Of a stretch of 64,000 nucleotides of DNA, positions 37,232-47,946 are shown piece after piece. The position numbers were made by a program, and so were the translations under genes. This stretch comes from Candidatus Iainarchaeum sp. GTDB taxonomy: Archaea > B1Sed10-29 > WALL01. The notes below the pieces were generated by a model. The model ran no database searches. It saw only the letters and a list, made by a program, of their open reading frames with translations, and had not been told where the DNA came from. Every line of letters starts with the position of its first letter. Position 1 is the first letter of the stretch. The stretch is from positions 78,753 through 142,752 of the forward strand of contig JAGMCR010000002.1 in NCBI GenBank assembly GCA_023129115.1. The letters are read 5' to 3'.

Positions 37232-39757
37232 CTACTTTTTCCTGGTCCAGTAAAACAGCGCCGCCGCGCCAATGACGACTACCACTCCCAGCAGCCACAG
37301 CGGCAGCCCCGCCCCCTCTGCCGGTGGCACGATTGCCGCTGCCTCGGGCTTCAGTGTCGGTTCCGGAGTCGGCTCCACCGTTGGCTCTGGCGTTGAAACC
37401 GGCGCCGGCGGCGTTGCCAGAGGCACTTCCGCGTAGCCTTGTGTGAACAAGACCGGCGCGGTCACTTCACTCCTGACATTGTTCCGGTTCACGTAACTCT
37501 CCGTCGTGAAGCGAACAACTTTCTCCGTGCCCGCAGCGAACTCGCCAAACACAATTGTGAACACGGGGTCCGAGTTTGTGACTACAACCGTGGCCCCGCC
37601 CGCGTCAACCGAAATGCTCGAAGCGCTCGAGGCGAACGACTTGGGTATGTCGATTACAACAATCTCGCCCTCCAGGCCCTCCTCGCCGGTGTAATCAATC
37701 ACCAGGGTGAGCTCGGACTCACTCCCACTCACGTGGTCAACCTCTATCGTGGCAGTAAAGTGCTGTGACACTTGCCCAGACAACGCTGCAATCCCCTCGA
37801 AATCCTCCCTACTCACGCCCGCGTCCTCCAGAGCGCTCTGGACATTTTCATCGGTCTGCATCAATTCAAGCAACTCTTCCGCCGTCGCGTCAAACGAGAA
37901 CTCGGTCTCGTAGCCGTACGACGGTGCAGGCCCTGCCGATGGGGTGTCAGAAGACCCGCGTGTGGGAGTGCTCTTCGAGGGCGCCGGGGCAGGCGCCGCC
38001 GGTGGGGGAGACCCAAACACGCCGTAGCCAGAGAAGTGCGTCGAGTTCGCCCACACGTAGTTCGCAGTGGTGTTCACCCCGCCGTTCGGTGGGTCGAACG
38101 TCTCCCACGTGTCCGAAGTCGCGTTGTAGTACTCAATCGCCAGCGAGCTCTCCTGCAGGCCGGCGGCAGTGACTTCCGCGTCCGTGTAGTAAATCTTGAT
38201 TATCACCCAAGACATGTTCCCGGCCTCGCCAGTCGTGTTGAACTCAACCCATGTCCCCAGCTTCGTCAGTGAATACCCCGAGACACCGCTCGGCACGTCG
38301 TCGTACGTCTTGATGGTCAAGGTCGCGTTATAGCCATTGGTGGAATGCACTTCCGTCGAGAAGCTCGTGGTGTTCACTGTCTGGTTGCCGCCAGCCGGGA
38401 TGCCCAGGGTATCCTGCAGGTAGCCCGTCTCGTCGCCCGTAAAGTTGACTTCTTCCCCACCAATCGTCACGGTGCAGCTCGTCGCAGTCATGCTCCCGCC
38501 GAGCGTCGATACCCAGCCGTCCCCAATCGCAATGTTGTTGTTCCTGCAGACAATGTCGTCGGTTATCCTCCAGTACACGCTCTTTTCCATGCCGCCCTCG
38601 TACAAGCCGTACTTCCCGTTGTTCTCGAAGTTGCCGTTGTACATGTCAACAGTGCTGGAAATCAGGTAAAGGCCAGTTACCGCCCTCCCCTGGTTGTCCG
38701 TGAAGTCACTGTCCCGCAGGATGAGGCTCGTGCTCACGATGCGCATTCCCTCCCCGTTGCCGTAGAACCCGCTGTCCTTCACCTCGGCCTCTCCCGAGTT
38801 GCCGACAGTGTCCATGTACACGCCGTAAATGGTGTTGTTCCTGAAGTCGTTGTTGTTTATCAGCAAGTCATCCGTGTCAACCAGGTAGAGCCCAATCTCG
38901 TTCCAGTTGACGTCGTTCCCCCTGAAGACGGCATCTTCAATGTCATTTCCGTACACGCCATAATCTGTGTTGCCGCTGATGTTGTTGTTCCTTATCGTGG
39001 CGTTGTAGCACCCCCTCCTGCTTGTAGTCATGTATATGCCATAGCCCGAGCCGTCAGTGATGTTGTTGTTTTTTATTGTCACGTGGTCAGACTCAATCAT
39101 GTAAACCAGGTATTGGCTGCCGCCGTTGTTGTCAATGTGGTTCCCGTCCAGCAGGGTGCTGTCGCTGCCGTCCTGCATATTGACGGCGCAGCGTGTGTTG
39201 TCGTGGAGGTACACCCCGGTTATGGTGTTGCCCGTGGAGTTGCCCTCCAGCAAAACGCCTGCATGGCCCAAACCATTAATCCGGTTGTTGTACATGATTT
39301 TCCCGCCGCCCACTGTGTTGCCACTAGAGTTTGTCATCCTAATGCCTGATTGAGTGTTGTTCGTGATGTTGTTGTCTTCCATAGTGTTGTCGTCCACATT
39401 GGACAACTGGATACCGGTCGCATATTCTGATATACAGCAATTCTTTACTGTGACGTTGTCCGCCATCACCGTGATGCCGGTGTTCGCGTCTCCGCCCACG
39501 ATTCCATAGCCGTCACAGTCAAGCACGACGTTCGCTGCGGAAACAATGAGCCCGTTGTCGCAGTTGGTCAGGTTGTCAGACGCGTTGAAGACCCTGCTTT
39601 CATTAAGGTCGATGGCCCCTGCCCCGCAGTCGCAGGGAATGTCCCCGCCGCAGTTCGTGGGGACCCACGCGCTCGCGCTGGCCACAAGCAACAGCAAAAA
39701 AACCACGGCCCCCCCAATTGTATTGCAATAACCATTATACTTCATAGTGTTCACCAA
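37232..39757 (-). CDS. Cell-surface glycoprotein with parallel beta-helix (NosD/CASH-like) repeats and C-terminal TM anchor
   Basis: Signal peptide; repeated N.I..N...GI; HFSGYGV motif; PTPEPT linker; TM followed by RKK. Confidence 0.85.
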   Translation of the reverse strand: MVNTMKYNGYCNTIGGAVVFLLLLVASASAWVPTNCGGDIPCDCGAGAIDLNESRVFNASDNLTNCDNGLIVSAANVVLDCDGYGIVGGDANTGITVMADNVTVKNCCISEYATGIQLSNVDDNTMEDNNITNNTQSGIRMTNSSGNTVGGGKIMYNNRINGLGHAGVLLEGNSTGNTITGVYLHDNTRCAVNMQDGSDSTLLDGNHIDNNGGSQYLVYMIESDHVTIKNNNITDGSGYGIYMTTSRRGCYNATIRNNNISGNTDYGVYGNDIEDAVFRGNDVNWNEIGLYLVDTDDLLINNNDFRNNTIYGVYMDTVGNSGEAEVKDSGFYGNGEGMRIVSTSLILRDSDFTDNQGRAVTGLYLISSTVDMYNGNFENNGKYGLYEGGMEKSVYWRITDDIVCRNNNIAIGDGWVSTLGGSMTATSCTVTIGGEEVNFTGDETGYLQDTLGIPAGGNQTVNTTSFSTEVHSTNGYNATLTIKTYDDVPSGVSGYSLTKLGTWVEFNTTGEAGNMSWVIIKIYYTDAEVTAAGLQESSLAIEYYNATSDTWETFDPPNGGVNTTANYVWANSTHFSGYGVFGSPPPAAPAPAPSKSTPTRGSSDTPSAGPAPSYGYETEFSFDATAEELLELMQTDENVQSALEDAGVSREDFEGIAALSGQVSQHFTATIEVDHVSGSESELTLVIDYTGEEGLEGEIVVIDIPKSFASSASSISVDAGGATVVVTNSDPVFTIVFGEFAAGTEKVVRFTTESYVNRNNVRSEVTAPVLFTQGYAEVPLATPPAPVSTPEPTVEPTPEPTLKPEAAAIVPPAEGAGLPLWLLGVVVVIGAAALFYWTRKK

Positions 39758-39834
39758 CTAGCCCTACCTCGAAGGCAGGATATTTAAGCATTCCTCCGGC
39801 GAGGCCTAAATGCTTTATGGATTTTTAGGGGCCC

Positions 39835-41238
39835 CTAAACAAAGCCCGCGACCATTGCCACGCCGAGGAGCAGGATTATTGCCCCGGCCACTAGGTGGAG
39901 GTACTTGATGTTCTTGTCCTTCCACTCCGACACGTTCTCCACAGAAGCCATGCCCTGGTAAACGACGCCGGTTATCACAAGCATCGGGAGCACGAAAATC
40001 GCGTTGTAGAGCATGAGCCAGGGAATTGTCTTCAGGAGTTCCATGGCGGACAGGATGCCGCCCGCAATCACGTACGGCCCAATCGTGCACGGCAGCAGGA
40101 AAACAGTCACGAACGCGCCCACAACGAACGCGCCCCTCGGAGAAGTCACGCCCGAAATGATTTTCTTCACGATAGGCCTCAGCGACATCGGCATCTCCGT
40201 CCCCAAGCCACCCGGCGTGTACCAGAAGAAGTCCTTGAGGTTAAGGATGCCGAGTATTATTGCGGCGAGGCCAAGGACTTTGTACAGGATAAGCCTTATC
40301 GAGGTCAGCGCCTGGATAAGCTGGAAGAACCGGATTATTATCAGGCCATAAATAAGGTACATGACAAAGACAGACACCGTGAACGCCACGCCCGCCAGCA
40401 GGACGTTGCGCTTGTTTTTCGGGTTGTAGGTGATGATTGCAATCAGCATAAGGCTGAGCACCGCAAGCGCGCAGGGATTGACAGCGTCCACGGCAGCGAG
40501 CCCCAGTATCTTCGCAATCGTGAGGTCGGCCGCCGGCCCCTCGCCATCTTCACCGCCGATAATTGTTGCGTTGGCTTCACCGCCGATGCCCGGGCCGTTC
40601 CACTGCAGGTAAGAGCCGTTGATGGCGACGGCGTTGCCAAACTCGACACTCTTCCCCGAAAGTGGAATGGGGACCGGCTCCGCAACCGCGTAGTCAACTC
40701 CTTCCAGCGCAGCCACTAAGTCTTCCTCGAAAAGCAGGCCCTTCAATAACTCGCTCGTGGCAGAGCCATTGAACCTGCCGAAGGCCACGCGGCCGTTAGC
40801 CCAGATAGTTGGGTGGCCATCGATTGTGGAGAGATTAAGCTCCTCGAAGCTGACGGTGCCGGAAAGGAGGGGGCACAGGTTCCCGGCGTGGCCCTCAATC
40901 GCGCCGGGGGCGTCCCTGATGAGGGGCGTGTCCCCAATAATGACGTCGCCTGCCCCAAAGACAAGGGTTGGGATGCCATAGCCGGAGCCGTAAACAGAGC
41001 TGTACCCGTAGAATATGATGGCGTTGGACTGCTTTCGGTATATCTCGTACTCAATAACCACCAGGTCGGGATAGTCCCCCACGAACTCCTCGAGGACAAC
41101 CGGGTCTGCCCTGGAGCAGTGCGGGCAGCCCACGCCCGTGAAGTACACAACACACGTCTTTTCAGCAGCCACTGCAGGAACAAAGAACAGTGAAAAAAGC
41201 AGCAGTGCGAAAAAAAGCTTTTTCATGGCCATACCCAC
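39835..41238 (-). CDS. Thioredoxin-like CxxC domain fused to CcdA/DsbD-like membrane domain
   Basis: GCPHC; DAVNPCA and LPCTIGPY. Confidence 0.85.
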   Translation of the reverse strand: MGMAMKKLFFALLLFSLFFVPAVAAEKTCVVYFTGVGCPHCSRADPVVLEEFVGDYPDLVVIEYEIYRKQSNAIIFYGYSSVYGSGYGIPTLVFGAGDVIIGDTPLIRDAPGAIEGHAGNLCPLLSGTVSFEELNLSTIDGHPTIWANGRVAFGRFNGSATSELLKGLLFEEDLVAALEGVDYAVAEPVPIPLSGKSVEFGNAVAINGSYLQWNGPGIGGEANATIIGGEDGEGPAADLTIAKILGLAAVDAVNPCALAVLSLMLIAIITYNPKNKRNVLLAGVAFTVSVFVMYLIYGLIIIRFFQLIQALTSIRLILYKVLGLAAIILGILNLKDFFWYTPGGLGTEMPMSLRPIVKKIISGVTSPRGAFVVGAFVTVFLLPCTIGPYVIAGGILSAMELLKTIPWLMLYNAIFVLPMLVITGVVYQGMASVENVSEWKDKNIKYLHLVAGAIILLLGVAMVAGFV

Positions 41239-41257
41239 TAGTTTTCTTAGTGATTAT

Positions 41258-41830
41258 TTAAACTGTTTTCGGTTTTGTTCTGGAAAGCACTTCGCAGTCA
41301 CCGACCAAAACGCTTTCCATTCCGGGGTTGTAGGTCACGGTGGCGGGGTGGTACATCGGAACTATTGTAAAATGGTGCTCCAGCGTGTCCACGCGGAAGG
41401 CCTGGCCGTGGACCAGCCCAATCCTCTGCGGCCTCATGCCAAACTTTTCCATGGCGTATGCCGTCGCGAAGTTCCCGAGCGTGCAAACCACTTCCGGCTT
41501 GATTGCCTTGATTTGCCTGTCCAGGTAAGGGGTGCATGCCTTGATTTCTTCTGGGAGTGGGTCCCTGTTGCCCGGCGGCCTGCACTTCAATATGTTCGTG
41601 ACGAAGACCTCGCTCCTCTCCAGGCCCGCGGCCGCAAGCATCCTGTCAAAGACTTTGCCCGCGGCGCCAATGAATGGCTTTCCCCTCAAGTCCTCGTTCC
41701 GGCCCGGCGCCTCGCCGACGAACATGATTCTAGCATTGGGGTTTCCCTCGCCGGGGACCGCGTTGGTCCTTGTCTCCCAAAGGCCACACTTTTTGCAGCC
41801 ACGTACTTCTTCAGCAATTTTTTCAGTCAC
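41258..41830 (-). CDS. udg: Uracil-DNA glycosylase family 4
   Basis: CKKC, GEAPG, PFIG, KCRPPGNRDP, YHPA. Confidence 0.95.
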   Translation of the reverse strand: MTEKIAEEVRGCKKCGLWETRTNAVPGEGNPNARIMFVGEAPGRNEDLRGKPFIGAAGKVFDRMLAAAGLERSEVFVTNILKCRPPGNRDPLPEEIKACTPYLDRQIKAIKPEVVCTLGNFATAYAMEKFGMRPQRIGLVHGQAFRVDTLEHHFTIVPMYHPATVTYNPGMESVLVGDCEVLSRTKPKTV

Positions 41831-41985
41831 TCAAACACCTGGGGGGGCAGATTTATGCCAGCCGCGGGGGCAAACAAGCCCCAACAGCCTTAGGACGCGA
41901 GAGATATAAATATTCTCCCAGAAAACAGCGGTCCAGCGCCACAAAATGACAAGCTTTTTATGGATGGGGCACAAAAACAATCCAG

Positions 41986-42390
41986 GTGCATCCTATGAAA
42001 GAGTTTGTTGTTTCTGTCACTGACAGAATAGGCGCAATGCGCGACGTCTTTAGGGCAATTGCAGGCGCAGACATAAACATTAAGGCTGTTTCAACTGAAG
42101 TGTGCGGCAAGGAGGGGCAAATCAGGATTATTACTGATGACCCTGACAAGACAGTTGAAGTCCTTGAAAAAGAAGGCTTCAAGTTTGCAGAGAACGAAGT
42201 AATAACAGCGTCACTGGAAGACAAGCCCGGCCAGCTCTTGGAGTGCACTGAAAAGCTCGCAAATAAAAACGTGAACATCAGGGCGGCTTATACAATTGGC
42301 AGAGAGGGCGACAAAATAGTAGTTGGTTTTGTAGTCGACAATGTGGCAGAGGCAAAGAAAATATGCTACCCCGGCCTCACGCACCCTTAG
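41986..42390 (+). CDS. Tandem ACT-domain protein
   Basis: DRIGAM..INIKA and EDKPGQL..VNIRAAY repeats. Confidence 0.85.
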   Translation: MHPMKEFVVSVTDRIGAMRDVFRAIAGADINIKAVSTEVCGKEGQIRIITDDPDKTVEVLEKEGFKFAENEVITASLEDKPGQLLECTEKLANKNVNIRAAYTIGREGDKIVVGFVVDNVAEAKKICYPGLTHP

Positions 42391-42408
42391 AATGTTCTGC
42401 CCTGAATG

Positions 42409-43275
42409 CTATGAATGCCCCAAGTCTTCAAAAACCAGTGCCAGCAAATCCTGGAACAATGGCTCAAGCCCCGGCTTATAGACAACCGGGGGGGTGAGCT
42501 GGACAATGGCCTCGACAAAAGCCCTGTCGTAAGGTATTTCTGCGAGGACTCTTAAGCTGTTTTTGCTCGACCACTTTTTGATTTTTTCTGTGAACCCGGG
42601 GTTCAGGTCGGCGCGGTTAATCACCAGGCCGCACGGAATCCCGAAGTGGCGCACCACCTGCAGCGCGCGCTTCAGGTCCGACAGCGCGGAAGGCGTCGGC
42701 TCCGTCACCGCAATTACGTAGTCGCTCCCGACCACGGACGCAATCACCGGGCAGCCAATCCCCGCCGCGGAGTCAATCACCATGACGTCGTGCGGGACTT
42801 TCTCAGCGCGTTCCTTGACAAGAGCAACAATGTCCCCCGAGCCGGACTGGCCCATCTTGAGCCACCCACCCACCACTGGAAAATCCTTTTCCGCGGTGCC
42901 GACCCAGCCGTTCTCCACGGGCTCCAGCTCGATGGCGTCCACTGGGCACACCAATTGGCACGCGCCGCACCCCTCGCACAGCAAATCGTTGAACACCGGG
43001 CCGTCGTCCCACGAAATCGCGGAAAAAACGCACGTGTCCACGCACTTGTGGCACTTGATGCACTTGTCGGGCAATAATCTTGCTTTCTCGCCCGTGCTCA
43101 CGGGCTTGCCATCGAAGTCCTCCCTGTGCAGGCCAAGGCACAGCCCCAGGTTCGGCGCGTCCACGTCGCAGTCCACGGCCACGACTTTCCTCTCGCGGGC
43201 CAAAAGCACGGCGAGCGACGCCGCGATGCTGCTCTTGCCCACGCCCCCCTTGCCGGACAAGACGTTGAGCTTCAT
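42409..43275 (-). CDS. MinD-superfamily P-loop ATPase with ferredoxin insert (COG1149)
   Basis: GKGGVGKS, DCDVDAPN, two CxxCxxCxxxC motifs, VTEPTP. Confidence 0.92.
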   Translation of the reverse strand: MKLNVLSGKGGVGKSSIAASLAVLLARERKVVAVDCDVDAPNLGLCLGLHREDFDGKPVSTGEKARLLPDKCIKCHKCVDTCVFSAISWDDGPVFNDLLCEGCGACQLVCPVDAIELEPVENGWVGTAEKDFPVVGGWLKMGQSGSGDIVALVKERAEKVPHDVMVIDSAAGIGCPVIASVVGSDYVIAVTEPTPSALSDLKRALQVVRHFGIPCGLVINRADLNPGFTEKIKKWSSKNSLRVLAEIPYDRAFVEAIVQLTPPVVYKPGLEPLFQDLLALVFEDLGHS

Positions 43276-44030
43276 TGGACAGGCCTCCTCGCCCGCGTCT
43301 CGTGCAGGTCAAGCGGGGTGGCCCGGGGCTTTTCCGCGTCATAGACCATGGAAACTTTCAACCCCGCGAACTCTTTCTTTATCTTTTCCATCTCTTCCCC
43401 CGGCAGGGGCGGGCATGCGCACGGCCGGAGCGGCGTGTCGACGAATACTTCATCGGGCTCCAGTTCCCTGGCGAGCGAAGCCAGTTCACCAGCACAGTGC
43501 TTGTTCTGCTCGATGAACATTATCTGGAGCGCGAGCCTCCCGCTGAACTCCCGGCGCAGCGCCTTGATTCCGCCAAGGACTTTTTCGAAAGTAATCCCGG
43601 GCACGGGCCGGTTGATTTTTTCGAACAGTCCCTGGCCCGGCGCGTCAAGCTTTGCCATGACAATGTCAAATTCCTTCAGGCCCCCGCGCACTTCGGCAAG
43701 GTGGAGGAGCGACGAGTTCGTTAGTATCGCCATTCGGATGTTAGTTATTTTTTTCACGGCCCCGGCAATTTCCCCCAGGTTCAAAGCGAGCGTCGGCTCG
43801 CCCATGCCCGAGAAAGTGACTGTGTCCGGCGTTGTTTTGCCAAGCGCTTCCCTTAGCTGTGCCTCGACATCGGCCGCCTCCACAAACTTTTTCCTTTCCA
43901 TAGTCTTCACGGCAGTGGGGCCGAGCTGGCAGTACACGCAGTCAAAAGTGCACGCGTTCATGCACACGGGGTCGATGCCGAGCGAAGCGCCGAGCCGCCA
44001 CGACGGGACAGGCCCGTACACAGTGTTCAC
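43272..44030 (-). CDS. Radical SAM protein (COG0731-like)
   Basis: YGPVPSWRLGASLGID, CTFDCVYC, GEPTL; GTG start at 44030. Confidence 0.9.
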   Translation of the reverse strand: MNTVYGPVPSWRLGASLGIDPVCMNACTFDCVYCQLGPTAVKTMERKKFVEAADVEAQLREALGKTTPDTVTFSGMGEPTLALNLGEIAGAVKKITNIRMAILTNSSLLHLAEVRGGLKEFDIVMAKLDAPGQGLFEKINRPVPGITFEKVLGGIKALRREFSGRLALQIMFIEQNKHCAGELASLARELEPDEVFVDTPLRPCACPPLPGEEMEKIKKEFAGLKVSMVYDAEKPRATPLDLHETRARRPVQ

Positions 44031-44854
44031 TCCATCGCCTCCAGCTTTTCCGCCATTTTCTTGATTGCCTCGTGCGTGACGGGCTCGCCGCGGGTGTACT
44101 GCTTCATTATTTCTTTTGAGTACGGGACCTCGGCAAAGACATCGAAGCCCTTTTCTTTCGCTGTCGCGTCCACTGTCGAGCGGTCCCCTATCCCCGCGCG
44201 GTTCAGCACGATTTTGCCGGGGACCTTGAGCACGTTCAGCAGGTCCAGGATGAGCCCGAGGTCGCACGCGCCCAGCGGCGTGGGCTCTGTCACCGCGAGC
44301 GCGACGTCGCACCCGAGCAAAGCAGCTATTACAGTGCAATGCGTGCCCGCGGCGGTGTCGACAACCACAAAGTCGTAGCCCTCGCCACTCTCGAACTCCT
44401 TCACCGCGTTGACGACGGGCGAGCCCTCCTTCTGGGTTGGGACTATCTCGCCCGACACGAGGCCATTGCCCGTGTAAACGTGGCCGCTCACGCGCTCGCC
44501 CGCGGAAATCGCGCCCACGGGGCACGCAATCATGCACGCCTTGCACCCGATGCACTGGTCCAGCACAAAAATCGGGTGCTGGCCCTTGACGTGGGCGACC
44601 GCGTTCTCGCGGCACACTTCCGCGCACCTCCCGCACTTTATGCACTTTTTCTTGTCGAGCACTGGAATCATTTGCCTGACGTCAAGAGCCTTCTTCCTCT
44701 TGATGTTGAGTATCAAATGGTCGTTCGGGCAGTCCACGTCCATGTCCATCAGCAATACCTTGTGCCGCTTGCCGAGCTCGTGGGCGAGCGCAGTTGCTAC
44801 CATGGACTTGCCCGTGCCGCCCTTGCCGCCGGTGACTGCTATCCGCATTTTCAC
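44027..44854 (-). CDS. MinD-superfamily P-loop ATPase with ferredoxin insert (COG1149)
   Basis: GKGGTGKS, DMDVDCPN, two 4Fe-4S motifs, VTEPTP. Confidence 0.92.
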   Translation of the reverse strand: MKMRIAVTGGKGGTGKSMVATALAHELGKRHKVLLMDMDVDCPNDHLILNIKRKKALDVRQMIPVLDKKKCIKCGRCAEVCRENAVAHVKGQHPIFVLDQCIGCKACMIACPVGAISAGERVSGHVYTGNGLVSGEIVPTQKEGSPVVNAVKEFESGEGYDFVVVDTAAGTHCTVIAALLGCDVALAVTEPTPLGACDLGLILDLLNVLKVPGKIVLNRAGIGDRSTVDATAKEKGFDVFAEVPYSKEIMKQYTRGEPVTHEAIKKMAEKLEAME

Positions 44855-45639
44855 GCCTCGATTATTTTTCCGGTGCCGCTTTTTATGAAGTCCTTGCCGT
44901 ACTCCTGCCCGAAGAGATAGATTGCCCGGTCGCCTGTGCAGTGGCAGGGCGCAACCCTCTTGACGCCGAGCCCCCTGAAGCCCGAGAGAATAGAGCCAAT
45001 CTCTTCATCACTTTCCCCGCCAAGGTGGAACCCGCCCATAACAAGGTAGATGTCTTTGCCGCTCGATTCTTTTGCTTTTTCCACTATGTGGGCTATGCCG
45101 GGGTGTGCGCATCCAGTTATGACCGTTATTCCCTTGTCAGTCTCGACAAGCAGGGACTGCTCTTTTATCGACGTGCCTAGCTCGCCCGTCGTGTAAACCC
45201 CGCCACTTATTTTTGTGTAGCCGGTTACTCCAACAACTTCAGCGCCCCTGGCCCTCACGCTTTCCTTGAAAGATTCTGGAAAAGAAGCGGGGACGTAAAC
45301 TTTCACGTTGCTGTTTTCGCCAAGGAAGCCGTCCAGGCCCCCCGTGTGGTCGCCGTGTATATGGGAAAGGACGACTATCTCGATTTCCTCCGGGCTTATG
45401 CCCATTGCCTCCATGTTCGCCAGGAGCGTGGGGCCGTCCCCGCCCGTGTCGAACAGGATTGTTTCATTGGCCTGGACGACGCAGCCGAACCCCCAGCCGG
45501 TTTTTGTGTCCGGGCCGTACTGGTAGTTGTCGTACACGACGTTTATGAGTGTCACATTACTCGCCGGCATCTTTTCCACTTCCGTTTTTTCCGCACACCC
45601 GCACAACAGCAGTGCAAGCAGTACAACCAAAAGCTTCAC
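44851..45639 (-). CDS. MBL-fold metallo-hydrolase (COG1237)
   Basis: LFDTG, SHIHGDHTGG, GCAHPG, GGFH, PCHCTG; lipobox-like N-terminus. Confidence 0.9.
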   Translation of the reverse strand: MKLLVVLLALLLCGCAEKTEVEKMPASNVTLINVVYDNYQYGPDTKTGWGFGCVVQANETILFDTGGDGPTLLANMEAMGISPEEIEIVVLSHIHGDHTGGLDGFLGENSNVKVYVPASFPESFKESVRARGAEVVGVTGYTKISGGVYTTGELGTSIKEQSLLVETDKGITVITGCAHPGIAHIVEKAKESSGKDIYLVMGGFHLGGESDEEIGSILSGFRGLGVKRVAPCHCTGDRAIYLFGQEYGKDFIKSGTGKIIEA

Positions 45640-46913
45640 TTCCTTGCCCTTCCCGCCTTCTTTGTCGGCTCGGTGAGCAACTCAAGCTTTCCTTCTGTAA
45701 ACAGCTTTACAACTTCTTCTGCAGTATTCCCCCTGGTCCGGTAGATTTCGACAAACTTGTCGCGGAGGGTGTGGAAAGCTATTTCGCCAATGTTCTTGAC
45801 AACGACAGCGTCCGCCCCCCTGTCCGCAATCAGGTTGGCGGCCCGCAGGCCGGTCATTGACTTTTCATCCCAGTACGGGTTTTCCACAATAATCGGGCTA
45901 AGGGCCTTGCCTTTAGAAATCTTGACGAGGGCAAAGTGCTTTGCCCTGCCCACGTGGCCAAGGACTCTGGACTTCACCCCCTTTTTCTCTGCCAGGGGGA
46001 TTGCAAGCACAAGAGTGTCTTTTTTGTGGGGCTCGACGTGAATTATGAACGACTCCAGTGAAGGGACTTGCGCCGCCGCCTTTTTCTGGATTTTTTCCGT
46101 GACAGCATGCGCCCTCTTCACGTCAATGGAGCCGGCCACCTCGACCTCTACCTCACCGAGTACAAACGGCCCGGCCTTCCTTAGCTTGAGGTGCTTAAGG
46201 TGCTTGACTTCCTTGAACGACGAAATCACTCCCCTTATTCTTCTCTCAACCCGCTTGTCCGGGCTGACGTCCATCAAAGCGAAGAGGCTGTCCCGCGCGT
46301 TTTCGAGGCCGGTCCTCAGGACAAGCAATGCCACGAGGAGCGTCACTGCCCCCTCAAGCCATGGCAAGCCTACGGCTCCCGAAAAAACCGCGACCAGCAC
46401 GAGAGAAGAAGAAAACACGTCGTTCAGCTTGTCGTCCGCGTTTGCCTTCACTGCCAGGGAATTTGTTTCTCCCGCAATTTTTTTGAGGTAGTTGTGCAGT
46501 GCAAACGAGACAACAATGGAGACAAGCGCCGCCGCCGCACCAATCCCAACACTTGTTATCTCCATGGGACTGAAAAGCCGTTCGTACCCCTCGAAAAAGA
46601 AGTGAAAAGCCGCATAGAGAATAAATAGTGAGATTACCAAGGAGGTCAGCGACTCCGCCTTGTAGTAGCCGTAAGGAAACTTTTCGTCTGGCTTGCGCTG
46701 TGCAATCTTGAGCCCAAACCACGAAGAAGCAGACGTGAACACGTCCGAAAGTGACTCCACGGCCAGCGTAAGCAAAGCGGTGCTGCCGGTCAAGAAGCCA
46801 GCCGCCCCCTGCAGCGCCGCGCGCAGCAGGGTGATGCCGGCTGTTACAGCGGAAGCATTCTGGCCTTTTTCCAGCCTGTTCACAACACTCCCCCTCGCTT
46901 TAGAATCACCCAC
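45636..46913 (-). CDS. Cation diffusion facilitator fused to NifB/NifX domain
   Basis: PDEKFPYGYYKAE, IHVEP, then HVGRAKHF...ENP...IGE; start uncertain. Confidence 0.88.
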   Translation of the reverse strand: MGDSKARGSVVNRLEKGQNASAVTAGITLLRAALQGAAGFLTGSTALLTLAVESLSDVFTSASSWFGLKIAQRKPDEKFPYGYYKAESLTSLVISLFILYAAFHFFFEGYERLFSPMEITSVGIGAAAALVSIVVSFALHNYLKKIAGETNSLAVKANADDKLNDVFSSSLVLVAVFSGAVGLPWLEGAVTLLVALLVLRTGLENARDSLFALMDVSPDKRVERRIRGVISSFKEVKHLKHLKLRKAGPFVLGEVEVEVAGSIDVKRAHAVTEKIQKKAAAQVPSLESFIIHVEPHKKDTLVLAIPLAEKKGVKSRVLGHVGRAKHFALVKISKGKALSPIIVENPYWDEKSMTGLRAANLIADRGADAVVVKNIGEIAFHTLRDKFVEIYRTRGNTAEEVVKLFTEGKLELLTEPTKKAGRARK

Positions 46914-47098
46914 AGAAAATAAAAAATGGCTATGACCAGCACGGCCTTAACCCAAACCACCCACGTTTCCTTTCTGGCAGCGGTAGCGCCCTCGCCAGTG
47001 GGGCTCTTCCCGCGCTCCTCCGGGATGTCCTCGTCCCCGTAAACCTCTCTATGCCTCTGTTCTCTTTCCTCGTCGGTGCGTGGCGTGCCTTCTGGCAT
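46880..47098 (-). CDS. Small membrane protein
   Basis: 72 aa, charged N-terminus, one TM; packed within the operon. Confidence 0.65.
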   Translation of the reverse strand: MPEGTPRTDEEREQRHREVYGDEDIPEERGKSPTGEGATAARKETWVVWVKAVLVIAIFYFLWVILKRGGVL

Positions 47099-47099
47099 T

Positions 47100-47501
47100 T
47101 TACCTTCCTCTCCCGCCGAACCCCCCCCCAGTGCCAGGGCTCATTCCCATGGGGCCAGGGGAAGCCACTTCCTTGAGCTCGCCAGCGGCAAGCTTTTTCG
47201 CGTTCTCCTCGACAGTGCCTTCCACGCCAATGAACATCTTCACGCCAAGCTCGCTGAGGACACCAAAAGCCCTCGGGCCAAACGCGCCCGCCACGACTGC
47301 GTCGACTTTCTCGTCGCCGATTAGCTGGGACGCCATGATTCCTGCGCCGCCGCGCTGTGCCTGGGCAGTGTTCTCGATTGCCTTCACCAGCTTTACTTCA
47401 CCGCCCTCCACCTCGGCGACGACGAAGAACTGGCACCTCCCGAACGGGAAGCTCATTTCCGAAGACAATTCTTTTCCTGTTGAAGCTATCGCTATTTTCA
47501 T
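47100..47501 (-). CDS. NifB/NifX family protein
   Basis: MKIAIAS, FGRCQFF, GGAGI, FGPRA; Gly-rich tail. Confidence 0.9.
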   Translation of the reverse strand: MKIAIASTGKELSSEMSFPFGRCQFFVVAEVEGGEVKLVKAIENTAQAQRGGAGIMASQLIGDEKVDAVVAGAFGPRAFGVLSELGVKMFIGVEGTVEENAKKLAAGELKEVASPGPMGMSPGTGGGFGGRGR

Positions 47502-47505
47502 TTTT

Positions 47506-47946
47506 TCACCTAGTCATTCTCGTGCCGCATTTGGGGCACTTTATTTCGTAGCACGGCACGCCGAGCTGGTGCGGGGCTTTGGCGCCGCACTTGGGGCACA
47601 CGCACTCGCCGCCAGGGCCTAGCGCGCGGCCGCCCATCCTGCCTCTTCCTTGGATCATGTAATTCCCTCCTTCGATTCGAATTGCTTTTCCCCCAATAAT
47701 CGCTTTGCTAATCTTGTGCCTCGCCGAGGAGAGGAGGCGGTTGAACGTGGGCTGCGAGACGCCCATTTTTTTCGCCGCCTTTTCCTGGGAGAGCCCCTCC
47801 AGGTCCGCGAGGCGCAGTGCCTCGTATTCCTCAACAGTAAGTACCAGCTCCTCCAGTTCCATTGCCGGCACGCCCCGCGGCTTGAAGTAGTTCACTCCCG
47901 GGACGCCACCGACAATCCTCCTCTTCCTCGGCCTTGGCATTTTCAC
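47506..47946 (-). CDS. DUF134 HTH protein with C-terminal Cys-rich ribbon
   Basis: [35 protein letters not shown]. Confidence 0.9.
   Translation of the reverse strand: MKMPRPRKRRIVGGVPGVNYFKPRGVPAMELEELVLTVEEYEALRLADLEGLSQEKAAKKMGVSQPTFNRLLSSARHKISKAIIGGKAIRIEGGNYMIQGRGRMGGRALGPGGECVCPKCGAKAPHQLGVPCYEIKCPKCGTRMTR

Noticed and set aside
44031-44645. N-terminal extensions of the radical SAM ORF (likewise carB 54638-55021 and AlkD 26424-26696)
   Set aside because: Off-frame overlap with the upstream gene; family homology starts at the internal start codons.
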